Part shown: in pieces, positions 1 through 9,676 of the stretch
How the letters are laid out: the number at the start of each line of letters is the position of its first letter
How positions within the stretch are numbered: position 1 is the stretch's first letter
Assembly (NCBI GenBank): GCA_044222185.1
Contig: JBGANV010000005.1
Coordinates: 64,001 to 128,000, forward strand
Direction of reading: 5' to 3'
From: Planctomycetota bacterium
GTDB lineage: Bacteria > Planctomycetota > GCA-002687715 > CAIWVZ01
Length of the DNA: 64,000 bases
Made by a program: the position numbers and the translations under genes
The notes under the pieces: model-generated
Databases searched by the model: none
What the model was told of the DNA's origin: nothing
The model's input: the letters and a program-made list of their open reading frames with translations, nothing else

Positions 1-2
1 GT

Positions 3-314
3 CTGAGGCTCATCACTCTCAGTTTCGCCGTCGGTGACGTGTATCAGGCATGGCTCGACGGGACCCCGGTCGAGTCCCCGCGGCGGCGGATCTCCCGAAT
101 CGTGGTGTACCGCCACGGCGACGCCGTCCGCCGCCTCGAGCTCACGCGCGACGCCCGTGAGCTGCTCGTCGGACTCGCGGCAGGGCGCGCGCTCGGCGAC
201 GCGCTCGCCGACGTCGACGTCAGGTCTCAGGACGACCTGGACCCGGGCCGCGTGTTCCGGTGGCTCCGTCAATGGGTCGGCGAAGGCCTGTTCGCCGACA
301 TCGCCGCCGGTTGA
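3..314 (+). CDS. Partial (5'-truncated) DUF2063/HvfC/BufC-like protein, C-terminal part; typical partner of DUF692 MNIO enzymes
   Basis: Frame open from base 3 (LRLITLSFAVGDVYQAW...VVYRHGDAVRRLEL...LAAGRALGDAL...WLRQWVGEGLF), matching the DUF2063-family C-terminal pattern; immediately upstream of DoxX. Confidence 0.65.
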   Translation: MRLITLSFAVGDVYQAWLDGTPVESPRRRISRIVVYRHGDAVRRLELTRDARELLVGLAAGRALGDALADVDVRSQDDLDPGRVFRWLRQWVGEGLFADIAAG

Positions 315-371
315 CGCCGGCGCGATCCGCGCGCGTCCGTAACCCGAGCCGACGGCGCGCATCGAAGGGGC

Positions 372-893
372 ATGAACACCGCAACCGCCAACTCCAACGG
401 CACCATCCAGAATGGAGCCCGCGCGCTCACCACGCGCCTCTCGACGATGGTCGACGGAGCCGTCCGCGTCGCGCGTCCCACCGTGATCGTGCTCACGCGC
501 TTCCTCGTGGGTTACGTCTTCCTCCGCACGGGATTCCTGAAGCTGACGCACTTCTCGAACGTCGTGCAGTTCTTCACGGACCTCGGACTGCCGGTCCCGG
601 GCGCCAACGCCGCGCTCGTCTCGACCCTGGAGTTCGTGGGGGGGCTCGCGATCCTCGCGGGTGCCGGGACGCGGGTCTTCTCGCTTCTCCTCGTTCCGAC
701 CATGGTCGTCGCGTTGCTCACCGCGGACCGCGAGCGATTCCTCGGAGCGTTCAGTTTCTCCGCCGACCATTCGCTGACCGACGTGGCGCCCGTCCCCCTC
801 CTCGCCCTGCTGCTCTGGCTCGCCGCCGGCGGCGCAGGACGCCTCAGCGTCGATGCGTTGCTGGCGAACCGCCGGAGGGCGATGGGCGGGTAG
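372..893 (+). CDS. DoxX family membrane protein
   Basis: Motifs RFLVGYVFLRTGFLKL, LEFVGGLAILAGAGTR, GAGRLSVDALL; several TM segments. Confidence 0.9.
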   Translation: MNTATANSNGTIQNGARALTTRLSTMVDGAVRVARPTVIVLTRFLVGYVFLRTGFLKLTHFSNVVQFFTDLGLPVPGANAALVSTLEFVGGLAILAGAGTRVFSLLLVPTMVVALLTADRERFLGAFSFSADHSLTDVAPVPLLALLLWLAAGGAGRLSVDALLANRRRAMGG

Positions 894-953
894 CGCGCGA
901 GCTCCGGACCGCCGGACTCGCCCGCAGGTTGCCTGCGTGGTAGCCTGCGGCGC

Positions 954-1583
954 ATGCAACCACCCGTGGGAGCAGCGCCCGCGCATCCCGCGCGATCGAG
1001 TGACGACGAGGCCTTCGTCGCCAGGCTCCGGGCCGGCGACGACGCGGCCTTCGAGGAACTCCTGCGCACACACGGGGGCCGCATGCTGATGGCGGCTCGA
1101 CGCATACTCGGAAACGACGCAGACGCCGCCGACGCACTCCAGGACGCCATGTTCTCCGTCTCGAAATCCATAGGAACCTTCACGGAACGGTCGCAGCTCG
1201 CGACGTGGCTTCACCGGATCGCCGTGAACGCGGCCCTCATGCGGCTTCGTTCCCGGCGCTCGAGATCGGAGGAGTCCATCGAGTCGCTGATGCCGGCGTT
1301 CAAGGAGGACGGCCACCACGTCCTCCAGCCGAGCCGGTGGAACATCGGTGAGGAGCCGGACCTCGCGCGGGAGGAATCGCGACGGCTCGTCCGCCGAGCG
1401 ATCGACCAGCTGCCGGAGAGCTTCCGCGTCGTTCTCCTGCTGAGGGACATCGAGGAAGTCGACTCGACGGAGGTCGCCAGGTCGCTCGGGATCACCCCAA
1501 ATGCGGTGAAGGTTCGACTCCACCGAGCGCGACAGGCGCTTCGAACGCTCCTGGATCGCCAGTTCGGAGGGCCCCAATCGTGA
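954..1583 (+). CDS. ECF RNA polymerase sigma-70 factor
   Basis: Region 2 DAADALQDAM...TWLHRIAVN; region 4 LPESFRVVLLLRDIEE...VKVRLHRARQAL. Confidence 0.95.
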   Translation: MQPPVGAAPAHPARSSDDEAFVARLRAGDDAAFEELLRTHGGRMLMAARRILGNDADAADALQDAMFSVSKSIGTFTERSQLATWLHRIAVNAALMRLRSRRSRSEESIESLMPAFKEDGHHVLQPSRWNIGEEPDLAREESRRLVRRAIDQLPESFRVVLLLRDIEEVDSTEVARSLGITPNAVKVRLHRARQALRTLLDRQFGGPQS

Positions 1584-1819
1584 CGTGCCGCGAATTCACC
1601 GAGTTCCTCGCTGCCTATCTGGCGGCCGAGCTCGCGCCCGCCGAGATGGAGACGTTCGAGCGCCACCTGGCGGTATGCGAGGCGTGCACGAACTACCTCG
1701 CGTCGTATCGCACGACGATCGACCTGAGCCGGGCTGCGTTCAAGAAACCCGAATCGCCGGTCCCGGAGGCCGTGCCCGAAGATCTCATCCGGGCCATCCT
1801 CGCCGCGCGCAAGCGCTGA
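1580..1819 (+). CDS. zf-HC2 zinc-binding anti-sigma factor
   Basis: MTCREF...HLAVCEAC (HxxxCxxC); GTGA overlap with the sigma stop codon. Confidence 0.9.
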   Translation: MTCREFTEFLAAYLAAELAPAEMETFERHLAVCEACTNYLASYRTTIDLSRAAFKKPESPVPEAVPEDLIRAILAARKR

Positions 1820-1825
1820 CTCCGC

Positions 1826-2857
1826 TCAGTCGGGCGCGACGGCGCCCACGACTCGCACGCGGCCGTTGCCGGGCTCGATCCGCCCGACCATCACCGTCGG
1901 CTCGTTCCATGCATCGACGTGCCGGCGGAACTGCGACACCTGCTCGGGTGCGACCGCGACGAGCATGCCGATGCCCATGTCGAGGGAGTGCATGAGAGTC
2001 ACCTCGTCGAGCCCACTCGCGCGCCGCAGCACGCCCAGGATGGGGCTGCTCGGCCAGCCATCCGGCGTGATCACCACGTCGAGTCCGGGTCCGCACAGTC
2101 GCTCCGCGGCACGGGCGAGTCCGCCATCGTCCACGTGCGCGACGGCGGAGCACCATCCCTCGCTCAGCGGCGCGAGCATCACGCTGAAGTAGCTCTTGTG
2201 CCGCGTCAGCAGCGCCGCGCGCACCGTGAGGTCCGTTCCCGGGATCTCGTCGTCGAAACCCAGCATGAGCTTGCGCAGCAGGACGTCGGCGCAGAGTCCG
2301 CTGCCGAACGAGTGGATCCCAGCCGATGGCAGACCGATCAGCGCACACCCCGCGGTCGCCGGCGGGCCCGTCCGTCCCATCGTTCGGCCCACCACCGTGA
2401 GCACCACGGAGGCGGCTGCCGACTCGACCAACTCGCAATCGGCCAGCGGGAATCCACCGGCGCGACAGCCTCGTGCGATGCCCGTGACGAGATCGGCCGC
2501 CATCTCGTGCGACAGGTCGCCGAGATCGACCCGGCAGCTGGCGAACAGCGCGATGGAGCCGGTCACGATCAGGTCGTTGACGCATCGCGCGACGAGGCTC
2601 ACGCCGGCGGTCTCGGTCTGGCGGGCCCGGATCGCAACCCCGAGCTTCTCGGCCCCGTCGCGCACGCGCACGACGAGCGTGCTCGGACGGCCGTCGACGA
2701 GCAGTGCCCCGCTCGCCGTCAGGATCACCGACGTCATGGGGACGAACGGCCCACGCGTCAGCCGCACCTCATCCTCCGTCGCGTGCAGGATCCGCTCGAC
2801 ACGCGTCGCGTGGGCAGGCTCCATGGTCGTCACTCGCGTGATCTCGTCCCCGTTCAT
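1826..2857 (-). CDS. PurM/AIR synthase-like protein with degenerate active-site motifs
   Basis: Recognisable PurM segments (ARCVNDL, IGLPSAGIHS, ALLTRHKSY, DMGIGMLVAV) but several canonical motifs are altered. Confidence 0.8.
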   Translation of the reverse strand: MNGDEITRVTTMEPAHATRVERILHATEDEVRLTRGPFVPMTSVILTASGALLVDGRPSTLVVRVRDGAEKLGVAIRARQTETAGVSLVARCVNDLIVTGSIALFASCRVDLGDLSHEMAADLVTGIARGCRAGGFPLADCELVESAAASVVLTVVGRTMGRTGPPATAGCALIGLPSAGIHSFGSGLCADVLLRKLMLGFDDEIPGTDLTVRAALLTRHKSYFSVMLAPLSEGWCSAVAHVDDGGLARAAERLCGPGLDVVITPDGWPSSPILGVLRRASGLDEVTLMHSLDMGIGMLVAVAPEQVSQFRRHVDAWNEPTVMVGRIEPGNGRVRVVGAVAPD

Positions 2858-2947
2858 CGCGGGGCATTCTATTCGGCTTCGTGCAAATGTCGCCTGCCGG
2901 TATGCTCAGGGCCGACTCATCGTTGCGCCTGGATATCGGGGACCTGC

Positions 2948-5014
2948 ATGCTCAACCGCCGTGATCGCCTCACCTTCGTTCCGATCGTGACCGGGTTCGT
3001 CGTTCTCGGGCTCCTGGCCACCTCCGGCTGCGCGACCGGCGACGGCGCTTCCGGCGACGACACGAAAACCTCGGTCTCCGACGGAGCGGCCGACGCGCCG
3101 AACACGCCGGACCCAGCGTTCCGCCACGCGGCGCCCCGGCGTCGCGAGACGATCTTCTCCCCCCTGGAACTTCCGCCCGGGAACCGTGAGCGACTTGCGA
3201 GTGGCATGCCCGGACCCGACTACTGGCAGCAGCGCGCCGACTACGTCATCGAGGCGTCCCTGGACGAGACGGCCCGCACCGTCAGCGGCCGCGCGGAGAT
3301 CACCTACCGCAACGACTCGCCGACCGAGCTTCCATTCCTCTGGCTGCACCTGGAGCAGAACCTCTTCCGACTCGACAGCATCGGAGCCCAGATCCGATCC
3401 GCCGGAACACGCTTCGGCAACTCGTCCGAGTTCGATGGCGGAATCGACGTCACGTCCGTGCGCAGCGGCCGGCGGAAGCTCGAGATGCAGGTCTACGACA
3501 CGCTCGCTCGCATCGACCTGCCGTCGCCCGTCGCCGCGAAGGGCGGGACGTTCACGTTCGAGGTGAGCTGGACGTTCAAGATCCCGCCGAACGGCTCGGA
3601 TCGGATGGGATTCGAGGAGGACGGCCAAGGCACCGTGTTCCAGATCGCGCAGTGGTTCCCGGCGATCGTGGCCTACGACTCGATCCACGGATGGAACACG
3701 CTCCCCTACCTCGGCGAGGGCGAGTTCTACACCGACTTCGGCACGTACGACGTCAAGCTCACGGTGCCGCACGCGCACGTCGTCGCGGCGACGGGCGCGC
3801 TCCAGAACCCCGAGGAGGTCCTCACGCCCGTCCAGATCGAGCGATTGGCGGCGGCAGTCCAGTCGAAGGAGACGGTGACCATCATCGGTGCGGCGGACGT
3901 GGGGCAGCCCACGACGCGGCCGACCGGCACGAGTCCGCTCACCTGGCATTTCCATGCGGAGAACGTCCGCACGTTCGCGTTCGCGTCGTCGAAGGCGTTC
4001 CTTTGGGACGCGGCGGGAGCCAACGGCGTGTTGTGTCAGTCCCTCTATCCGAAGGAGGGCCTGCCGCTGTGGGCAGGGGCGACGGACATGCTGCGATTCT
4101 CCGTCGAGCATTACAGCGAGACATGGTTCCCCTATCCCTACCCGGTGGCGTCCAACGTCAACGGAACCGTCGGCGGGATGGAATACCCCATGGTGATCTT
4201 CTGCGAGGAGCGCAAGGACGAAACGGACCTCTACGAGCTCATCACTCACGAGATCGGACACAACTGGTTCCCCATGACCGTGAACTCGGACGAGCGGCGG
4301 CACGCGTGGATGGATGAGGGCTTCAACACGTTCATCAACTGGTACTCGCTCCAGGCGCGCTACCCGAAGCGCGAGTTCGCGACGCGGTTCCGCGGGTTCC
4401 GCCCCCGCCCGAGTTCGCCCGAGTTCTCCGCGTGGTGCACGCAGACCAACCGGCAGAGCATGGACACGATCCCCGACCAGATCGAGGACGAGCAGCTGGG
4501 CTCACTCGTGTACGACAAGGTCTCCGTGGGTCTCGTCTGCCTTCGCGAGCGCATCCTCGACCCGGTCCGGTTCGACCGCGCGTTCCACGACTACGTCCAC
4601 GCGTGGGCATTCAAGTCGCCCCAACCGGCGGACTTCTTCCGCTGCATGGAGAACGGCGCGGGCGTCGATCTCTCCTGGTTCTGGCGCGGTTGGTTCCTGG
4701 AGACGGGTTTCCTGGATCAGGCCATCACGGCGGTGACGCCGCTCCCGGCAGGCGAGAAGTCCCGCCCGTCCGAAGCCGTCGAGATCACGTTCGAGAACAG
4801 GGGCGAGCTCGTCATGCCGCTCACCTACCAGGTCAATTTCGACGACGGGACGGACGACGTGCGCTCGCTCCCCGTCGAGATCTGGTTCCACTCGAACCGC
4901 TACGTCCTGCGCTTCCCGACCGCGGGAAAGACCGTGAGATCGGTCGTCGTGGACCCGGACAACGGGTTCCCCGACGTGGACCTCACGAACAACGTGTGGG
5001 CCGCGACGCCCTAG
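2948..5014 (+). CDS. M1 family metalloaminopeptidase, probable lipoprotein
   Basis: GGMEYP and HEIGHNWF...WMDEG zinc motifs; lipobox-like LLATSGC; start taken at ATG 2948 within ORF 1919..5014. Confidence 0.9.
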   Translation: MLNRRDRLTFVPIVTGFVVLGLLATSGCATGDGASGDDTKTSVSDGAADAPNTPDPAFRHAAPRRRETIFSPLELPPGNRERLASGMPGPDYWQQRADYVIEASLDETARTVSGRAEITYRNDSPTELPFLWLHLEQNLFRLDSIGAQIRSAGTRFGNSSEFDGGIDVTSVRSGRRKLEMQVYDTLARIDLPSPVAAKGGTFTFEVSWTFKIPPNGSDRMGFEEDGQGTVFQIAQWFPAIVAYDSIHGWNTLPYLGEGEFYTDFGTYDVKLTVPHAHVVAATGALQNPEEVLTPVQIERLAAAVQSKETVTIIGAADVGQPTTRPTGTSPLTWHFHAENVRTFAFASSKAFLWDAAGANGVLCQSLYPKEGLPLWAGATDMLRFSVEHYSETWFPYPYPVASNVNGTVGGMEYPMVIFCEERKDETDLYELITHEIGHNWFPMTVNSDERRHAWMDEGFNTFINWYSLQARYPKREFATRFRGFRPRPSSPEFSAWCTQTNRQSMDTIPDQIEDEQLGSLVYDKVSVGLVCLRERILDPVRFDRAFHDYVHAWAFKSPQPADFFRCMENGAGVDLSWFWRGWFLETGFLDQAITAVTPLPAGEKSRPSEAVEITFENRGELVMPLTYQVNFDDGTDDVRSLPVEIWFHSNRYVLRFPTAGKTVRSVVVDPDNGFPDVDLTNNVWAATP

Positions 5015-5043
5015 TCACCGACGACGACGCCGCGTGCGCGCGT

Positions 5044-6096
5044 TCACCCCATGGCGTCCAGCAGGCGTTGCAACGTCTCGGGGGAGTGGTCGCCCATGTG
5101 ACCGATGCGGAACGTGGCGCCCTTCAACTTGCCGTAGCCGTTGCTCACGACGAAACCCTTCTTGCGGACCGCGCCGAGGAACGCGTCGAGGTCGAGCGTC
5201 CCGGCGCGGATCGTCGAAACCGTCGGCGAACGACAGCCCTCGTCCGGGAACATGGCGAGGCCGCGGCGGGTTGCCCAGTCCTGCGTCATCCGCGCCATCT
5301 GCGCGTGACGCTCGAAGCGCCGCGACAGCCCTTCGGCGCGAATGCAATCGAGCTGAAGATCGAGGGCGAACATGTGAGGAAGCGACGGCGTGGCTGACGT
5401 CTCTCCTGCCTGGAACCCCTTGGCCATTCGAACGAAGTCCATGAGCCAGCCGCGGGCCGGGACCTCGGCCGCGCGCGCGAGGGCCCGGTCGGAAAGCGCG
5501 AACACCGTGAGCCCCGGAGGAAGCGCCAGGCACTTCTGCGTGCCGGCAAACGCCAGATCGAGCCCCAGTTCGTCGAACTCGAGCGGCACGCCAGCGAGCG
5601 AAGTCACGGCGTCGACCATCAGCAGGACGTCCGGATGGCGGCGGACCACGGCCGCAATCTCCCGCAGCGGGTTGATCACGCCCGTCGAGGTTTCGTTGTG
5701 CGTCACGGTCACGACGTCATGTCGACCGGTCGCGAGCGCTGCGGCGACGGCATCCGCGCCGTTGGCCCGTCCCCAATCCACCGCAAGCACGTCGGCTTCC
5801 TTGCCACAGGCGAGCGCAATCTGATGCCAGCGCTCGGAGAACGCGCCGCAAGTCAGCACGAGCGCGCGCTTGCGGGCGAGGTTCCGCATGCCCGCCTCCA
5901 TCAACGCCGTCGCGGGACAAGTCTCGAACAGGACGTGGGCCTGCGTCCCGAACACCGGCCTCAGTTTCTCCCGAAGCCGGAGCACCAGCTCTTTGCACGC
6001 GGCGGAACGATGACCGATCATCGGCCGCGACATGGCGGCGAGGATCTCGGGGCGTACTTCCGTCGGCCCGGGAATGAACAGGACGTCGTGACTCAT
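5044..6096 (-). CDS. Class V PLP aminotransferase (alanine-glyoxylate/serine-pyruvate type), likely acting as phosphoserine aminotransferase
   Basis: FIPGPT, HNETSTG, DAVTS, GTQKCLALPPG, FRIGHMG; overlaps serB. Confidence 0.9.
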   Translation of the reverse strand: MSHDVLFIPGPTEVRPEILAAMSRPMIGHRSAACKELVLRLREKLRPVFGTQAHVLFETCPATALMEAGMRNLARKRALVLTCGAFSERWHQIALACGKEADVLAVDWGRANGADAVAAALATGRHDVVTVTHNETSTGVINPLREIAAVVRRHPDVLLMVDAVTSLAGVPLEFDELGLDLAFAGTQKCLALPPGLTVFALSDRALARAAEVPARGWLMDFVRMAKGFQAGETSATPSLPHMFALDLQLDCIRAEGLSRRFERHAQMARMTQDWATRRGLAMFPDEGCRSPTVSTIRAGTLDLDAFLGAVRKKGFVVSNGYGKLKGATFRIGHMGDHSPETLQRLLDAMG

Positions 6097-6830
6097 GAGA
6101 ACTCGACCTCCCCGGCCGCGAGCGCCGATCGCGCGCGATCGAGCACCGGCCGGAACCGCTCCACGGCTTCGAGAGCCTCACGTTCTTCGTTCGTCAGGAG
6201 AATCGCCAGCAGCGGAGCCAACGTCGGCGACGCGACGAACACGGCCGCCTGACGACGCACGGCAGGGCGGGCGACGACACCTCCGAATCCGACGAACAGA
6301 TCGACGACGGCACGAGTCTCCAGGTCCGTCACCCCGTCTCCCACGAACGCCGTGCGCCGCGCTCCATCGCGAAGCGCGCGCATCACGTCGACCTTGCCGC
6401 CGTTCCGACGAAGCGCCGAGCCGCGGTCGAAGCCGACGTAACGGCCGTCGGCGTCGAACTGAATGCCCACCGCGTGAACGTCCTCGGCGGGGATCCCCAA
6501 GCCGTGTGCCAGCGGAAGCAACGCCGGGCGCAGGCCGCCGCTGACGATCGCGATGCGCTTCTTGCGAGACATCAGGGCCGCGATCACGACGTCGGCATCT
6601 TTCACCATGCGCTGGACGTAGAGCCTCCCGATGCGCTCGACGTCCGAACGGGTCGGGCGGAGAGTCTCGAGGCGAAGCCCATAGACGTCCTCGAGCGGGA
6701 TCTCGCCCGACATCGCGCGGGCGGTCAAGAGGCGGATGTCGTCCCGGCCCGCGGCGAGTTCATCGACGCCCTCCATGGCGGAGAGCGTGGAATCGAAGTC
6801 GAATGCCACGAGATCGAAGGGATCGTTCAC
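6093..6830 (-). CDS. serB: HAD-family phosphoserine phosphatase
   Basis: FDFDSTL, LTARAMSGE, VSGG, VGDGVTD; overlaps serA. Confidence 0.85.
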   Translation of the reverse strand: MNDPFDLVAFDFDSTLSAMEGVDELAAGRDDIRLLTARAMSGEIPLEDVYGLRLETLRPTRSDVERIGRLYVQRMVKDADVVIAALMSRKKRIAIVSGGLRPALLPLAHGLGIPAEDVHAVGIQFDADGRYVGFDRGSALRRNGGKVDVMRALRDGARRTAFVGDGVTDLETRAVVDLFVGFGGVVARPAVRRQAAVFVASPTLAPLLAILLTNEEREALEAVERFRPVLDRARSALAAGEVEFS

Positions 6831-8413
6831 AGGCTGACCGTCGTCACGCCCACGATCCCCGGAACGGCCCGCAGCGCCGCCACCACGGTCTCGGGGACGG
6901 GTGAATCCACGTTCAAGATCCCAAGCGCCTCCGGACGCCCCTCGCGTGCGCGCCCGACCTGCATTCGCGCGATGTTGATTCCAGCGTCGCCGAGCACGGT
7001 TCCGATGTGTCCCATCATCCCAGGCTGATCACGATGCCGCGTGATGATCAGCCACCCCTCGGGGACGGCATCGAGGAGGAACTGGTCGAGTTCGACCATG
7101 CGCAGGTGGCTGCGGCCGATCAGCGTCCCCGACGCGGCGTGACGCGTTCCGTCGATGAGGGCCTCGACGCGGAGGAGATTCACGAAGTCCCGTTTGAGGG
7201 CGGAGCGCTCGGCGAGGACTGCCACGCCACGCGCCCTCGCGACCGCCTCCGCGTTCACCGACGTGACGAGGCGATCGGCGCCGCGGCGGAGTGCCCCAAC
7301 GATCGCCGAGACGAGGACGGGCTGCTGCGACCGCTCACCGATCTCGCCCTCCGTGACGACGCGAAGCTCTTCCACCCGCCCGGGGAACGCCTGTACGAGA
7401 AGATCTCCCAGTCGTTCGGCGAGGATGAGGAATGGCCGCAGGAACTCGGCGTCGCCCGGCGCGACGTGCGGCGTGTTGACGCCGTTGACCACGAGCCCCG
7501 TGCGAAGGCAATCGACCACCTGCCGCGCGACGTCCTCGGCGATCGCGCGCCGAGCCTCGTCGGTCGACGCTCCCAGGTGCGGGGTCAGGATCACGTTCGA
7601 CAGCTGCAGGAGCGGCGAGTCCGTCGGCAGCGGTTCGTGCTCGAAGACGTCCAACGCCGCCCCGGCGATCCGGCCCCGCTTCAGGGCATCGACGAGCGCG
7701 GATTCCTTCACGATCCCCCCGCGCGCGCAGTGCACGAGCCGGCACGTCGATTTCATCTGCGCAAACGCGGCCTCGTCGATCAGGTGGCGCGTCGAACCCG
7801 TGAGCGGCGCGTGGATCGAGATGAAATCGCTTTCGGCGTAGAGCCGCTCGAGCGAGACGAGCGTGACGTCCGGCGGCACGCGATCCGCAGGAAGCATGGG
7901 ATCGTAGGCGATGACGCGCATGGACAGGCCTTGCGCCCTTCCGGCGACGACCCTGCCGATGCGGCCGAGCCCCACGAGTCCCAGCGTCTTTCCCATGATC
8001 TCGACGCCGGTGAGTCGGGTCTTCTCCCAGCGCCCGCCCCGCATGAGGTGGTCGGCTTCCGGGATCTTGCGGGCGAGCGCGAACATCAGGGCGAGTGCGA
8101 GCTCGGCGGTCGTCACCGATCCCGACTCGGGCGTGTTCATCACGACGATCCCGCGACGGGTCGCCGCGTCGACGTCCACGTTGTCCACTCCGACGCCAGC
8201 ACGCCCGATGACGACGAGATTCTCGGCACCCCGCAGCGCCGTCTCGTCGACCTGCGTCGCGGATCTCACGACGAGCGCGTGGAACGGCGGCAGTTCTCGG
8301 GCCAATCGTTCGGGCGTGAGGCCCTTGCGGACCTCGACTTCGCCCGCGGCCTGCAGGATCCTCAAGCCTTCCGGCGACAGATCGTCCGCGACGAGAATCT
8401 TCCAGTCCTTCAC
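6827..8413 (-). CDS. serA: D-3-phosphoglycerate dehydrogenase with C-terminal ACT domain
   Basis: RAGVGVDNVD, GLGRIG, ARGGIV, LDVFEHEP, TPHLGAST, DQPGMMGHIG; start placed at GTG 8413. Confidence 0.95.
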   Translation of the reverse strand: MKDWKILVADDLSPEGLRILQAAGEVEVRKGLTPERLARELPPFHALVVRSATQVDETALRGAENLVVIGRAGVGVDNVDVDAATRRGIVVMNTPESGSVTTAELALALMFALARKIPEADHLMRGGRWEKTRLTGVEIMGKTLGLVGLGRIGRVVAGRAQGLSMRVIAYDPMLPADRVPPDVTLVSLERLYAESDFISIHAPLTGSTRHLIDEAAFAQMKSTCRLVHCARGGIVKESALVDALKRGRIAGAALDVFEHEPLPTDSPLLQLSNVILTPHLGASTDEARRAIAEDVARQVVDCLRTGLVVNGVNTPHVAPGDAEFLRPFLILAERLGDLLVQAFPGRVEELRVVTEGEIGERSQQPVLVSAIVGALRRGADRLVTSVNAEAVARARGVAVLAERSALKRDFVNLLRVEALIDGTRHAASGTLIGRSHLRMVELDQFLLDAVPEGWLIITRHRDQPGMMGHIGTVLGDAGINIARMQVGRAREGRPEALGILNVDSPVPETVVAALRAVPGIVGVTTVSL

Positions 8414-8500
8414 TTCCAGCTCCGGGCGCGCGACTCGGGGTGGGGCGCGGGCGGTTTGAGATTTAGCAGGGCGCCCCGTGACCAACAGGAGCCAGGCGGC

Positions 8501-9676
8501 TCAGGTGAACTCGCGATAGAGCGCCAGGACGTCATCAGCGTGGCGGTCCATCGACACCCGCCGGCGCAGGTCGCCGGCGCGGATCGCCGCGCGCGCCCGC
8601 GCTCGCACGTCCGGATCGCAAAACGAGATGAGTGCCTCACGAAACGACGGAAGGTCGCGCGGATCCCGCAACACGACGCCGGCATCCGTACCCGCGATGA
8701 ATTCTCCCGACCCGTTCCACTGCGTCGTGATGACCGGCAGTCCGACCGCGAGGGCCTCCAGCACGACCCGGCTCGCCGGATCATAGAACGTCGGATGGAC
8801 CAGGACGTCCGTCGCGGCATAGAGCCCACGGATGTCCCCCACCGCTCCGAGCATCCGCACGTTCGACTCCAGATCCACCTTGCGGATGAGCGCCAGGGCC
8901 TTCTTCATTCGACCGCTGCCCGCGATCAGTCCGATGAACGGAAGTTCGGGGCGCGCCGCGCGCAGCGCACCCATCGCGCGAATGAACGGGTAGACGCCCT
9001 TCAAGCGGAAGTTGTGGGCGACCATCGAGAAGAGCGTCGCCTCGGGTGGAACACCGAGAGCCGCCCGTGATGCGCCGCGCTGTTCTTCGATCCCCGATAG
9101 CCGCGAGACGTCGACGCCGTTGCGCACGACCCGGATCCGCGCCGAGACGTCGCCGCAGATCTCCAGCACGCAATCGCGGACGAACTCGGACAGGGCGGCG
9201 ACGACCGGGCCGGCAGGGTCCGCGATGATCGCTCGTTGGCGACGGATCAGTCGTTGGCGCTTGGGATTCACTGCGAGCCCAAGCAAGTGCAGGCGCCGCG
9301 ACAGCTCCGTCTCGCACGACATGGCGCTGTGCGTGAAGATGAAGTGGTAGATGCCCGCCCTCGGCATGTAGATGTGTGCGCCCCGCATGGGAACCATGGA
9401 GTGGATGATCCATTCGTGACGGTGTGCGCGCGCGAGGCGCTCCGCCGCGATCAGGAGCTGGGGATCCTGCTCGGCGCGACGGTGGCGTGTTCCCATGGGC
9501 AGGGGCACGTGCTCGACGCCCGCCGGCAACCGCAGGCCGTCGCCCGGCGCCGCGAGCATCACGCGCACGCCGCGGTTCGCGAGTACCCGCGCGAACTCCA
9601 GGACGGACGTCTCCATGCCGCCTCGCGAAGGGTCGGCGCCGCCAGCGACCAGGAGGACGGGCTTAGCGATTGACAT
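8501..9676 (-). CDS. Glycosyltransferase family 4 (WaaG/RfaG-like)
   Basis: GGMET, VRNGVD, HNFRLKG, HPTFYDPASRVVLEALAVGLPVITT. Confidence 0.9.
   Translation of the reverse strand: MSIAKPVLLVAGGADPSRGGMETSVLEFARVLANRGVRVMLAAPGDGLRLPAGVEHVPLPMGTRHRRAEQDPQLLIAAERLARAHRHEWIIHSMVPMRGAHIYMPRAGIYHFIFTHSAMSCETELSRRLHLLGLAVNPKRQRLIRRQRAIIADPAGPVVAALSEFVRDCVLEICGDVSARIRVVRNGVDVSRLSGIEEQRGASRAALGVPPEATLFSMVAHNFRLKGVYPFIRAMGALRAARPELPFIGLIAGSGRMKKALALIRKVDLESNVRMLGAVGDIRGLYAATDVLVHPTFYDPASRVVLEALAVGLPVITTQWNGSGEFIAGTDAGVVLRDPRDLPSFREALISFCDPDVRARARAAIRAGDLRRRVSMDRHADDVLALYREFT

Noticed and set aside
1919-2947. N-terminal extension of the M1 peptidase ORF (and similar extensions on serA, GH127, STK2, STK3, murQ, hydrolase)
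   Set aside because: Most overlap neighbouring genes and all lack motifs; downstream starts with signal peptide or RBS fit better
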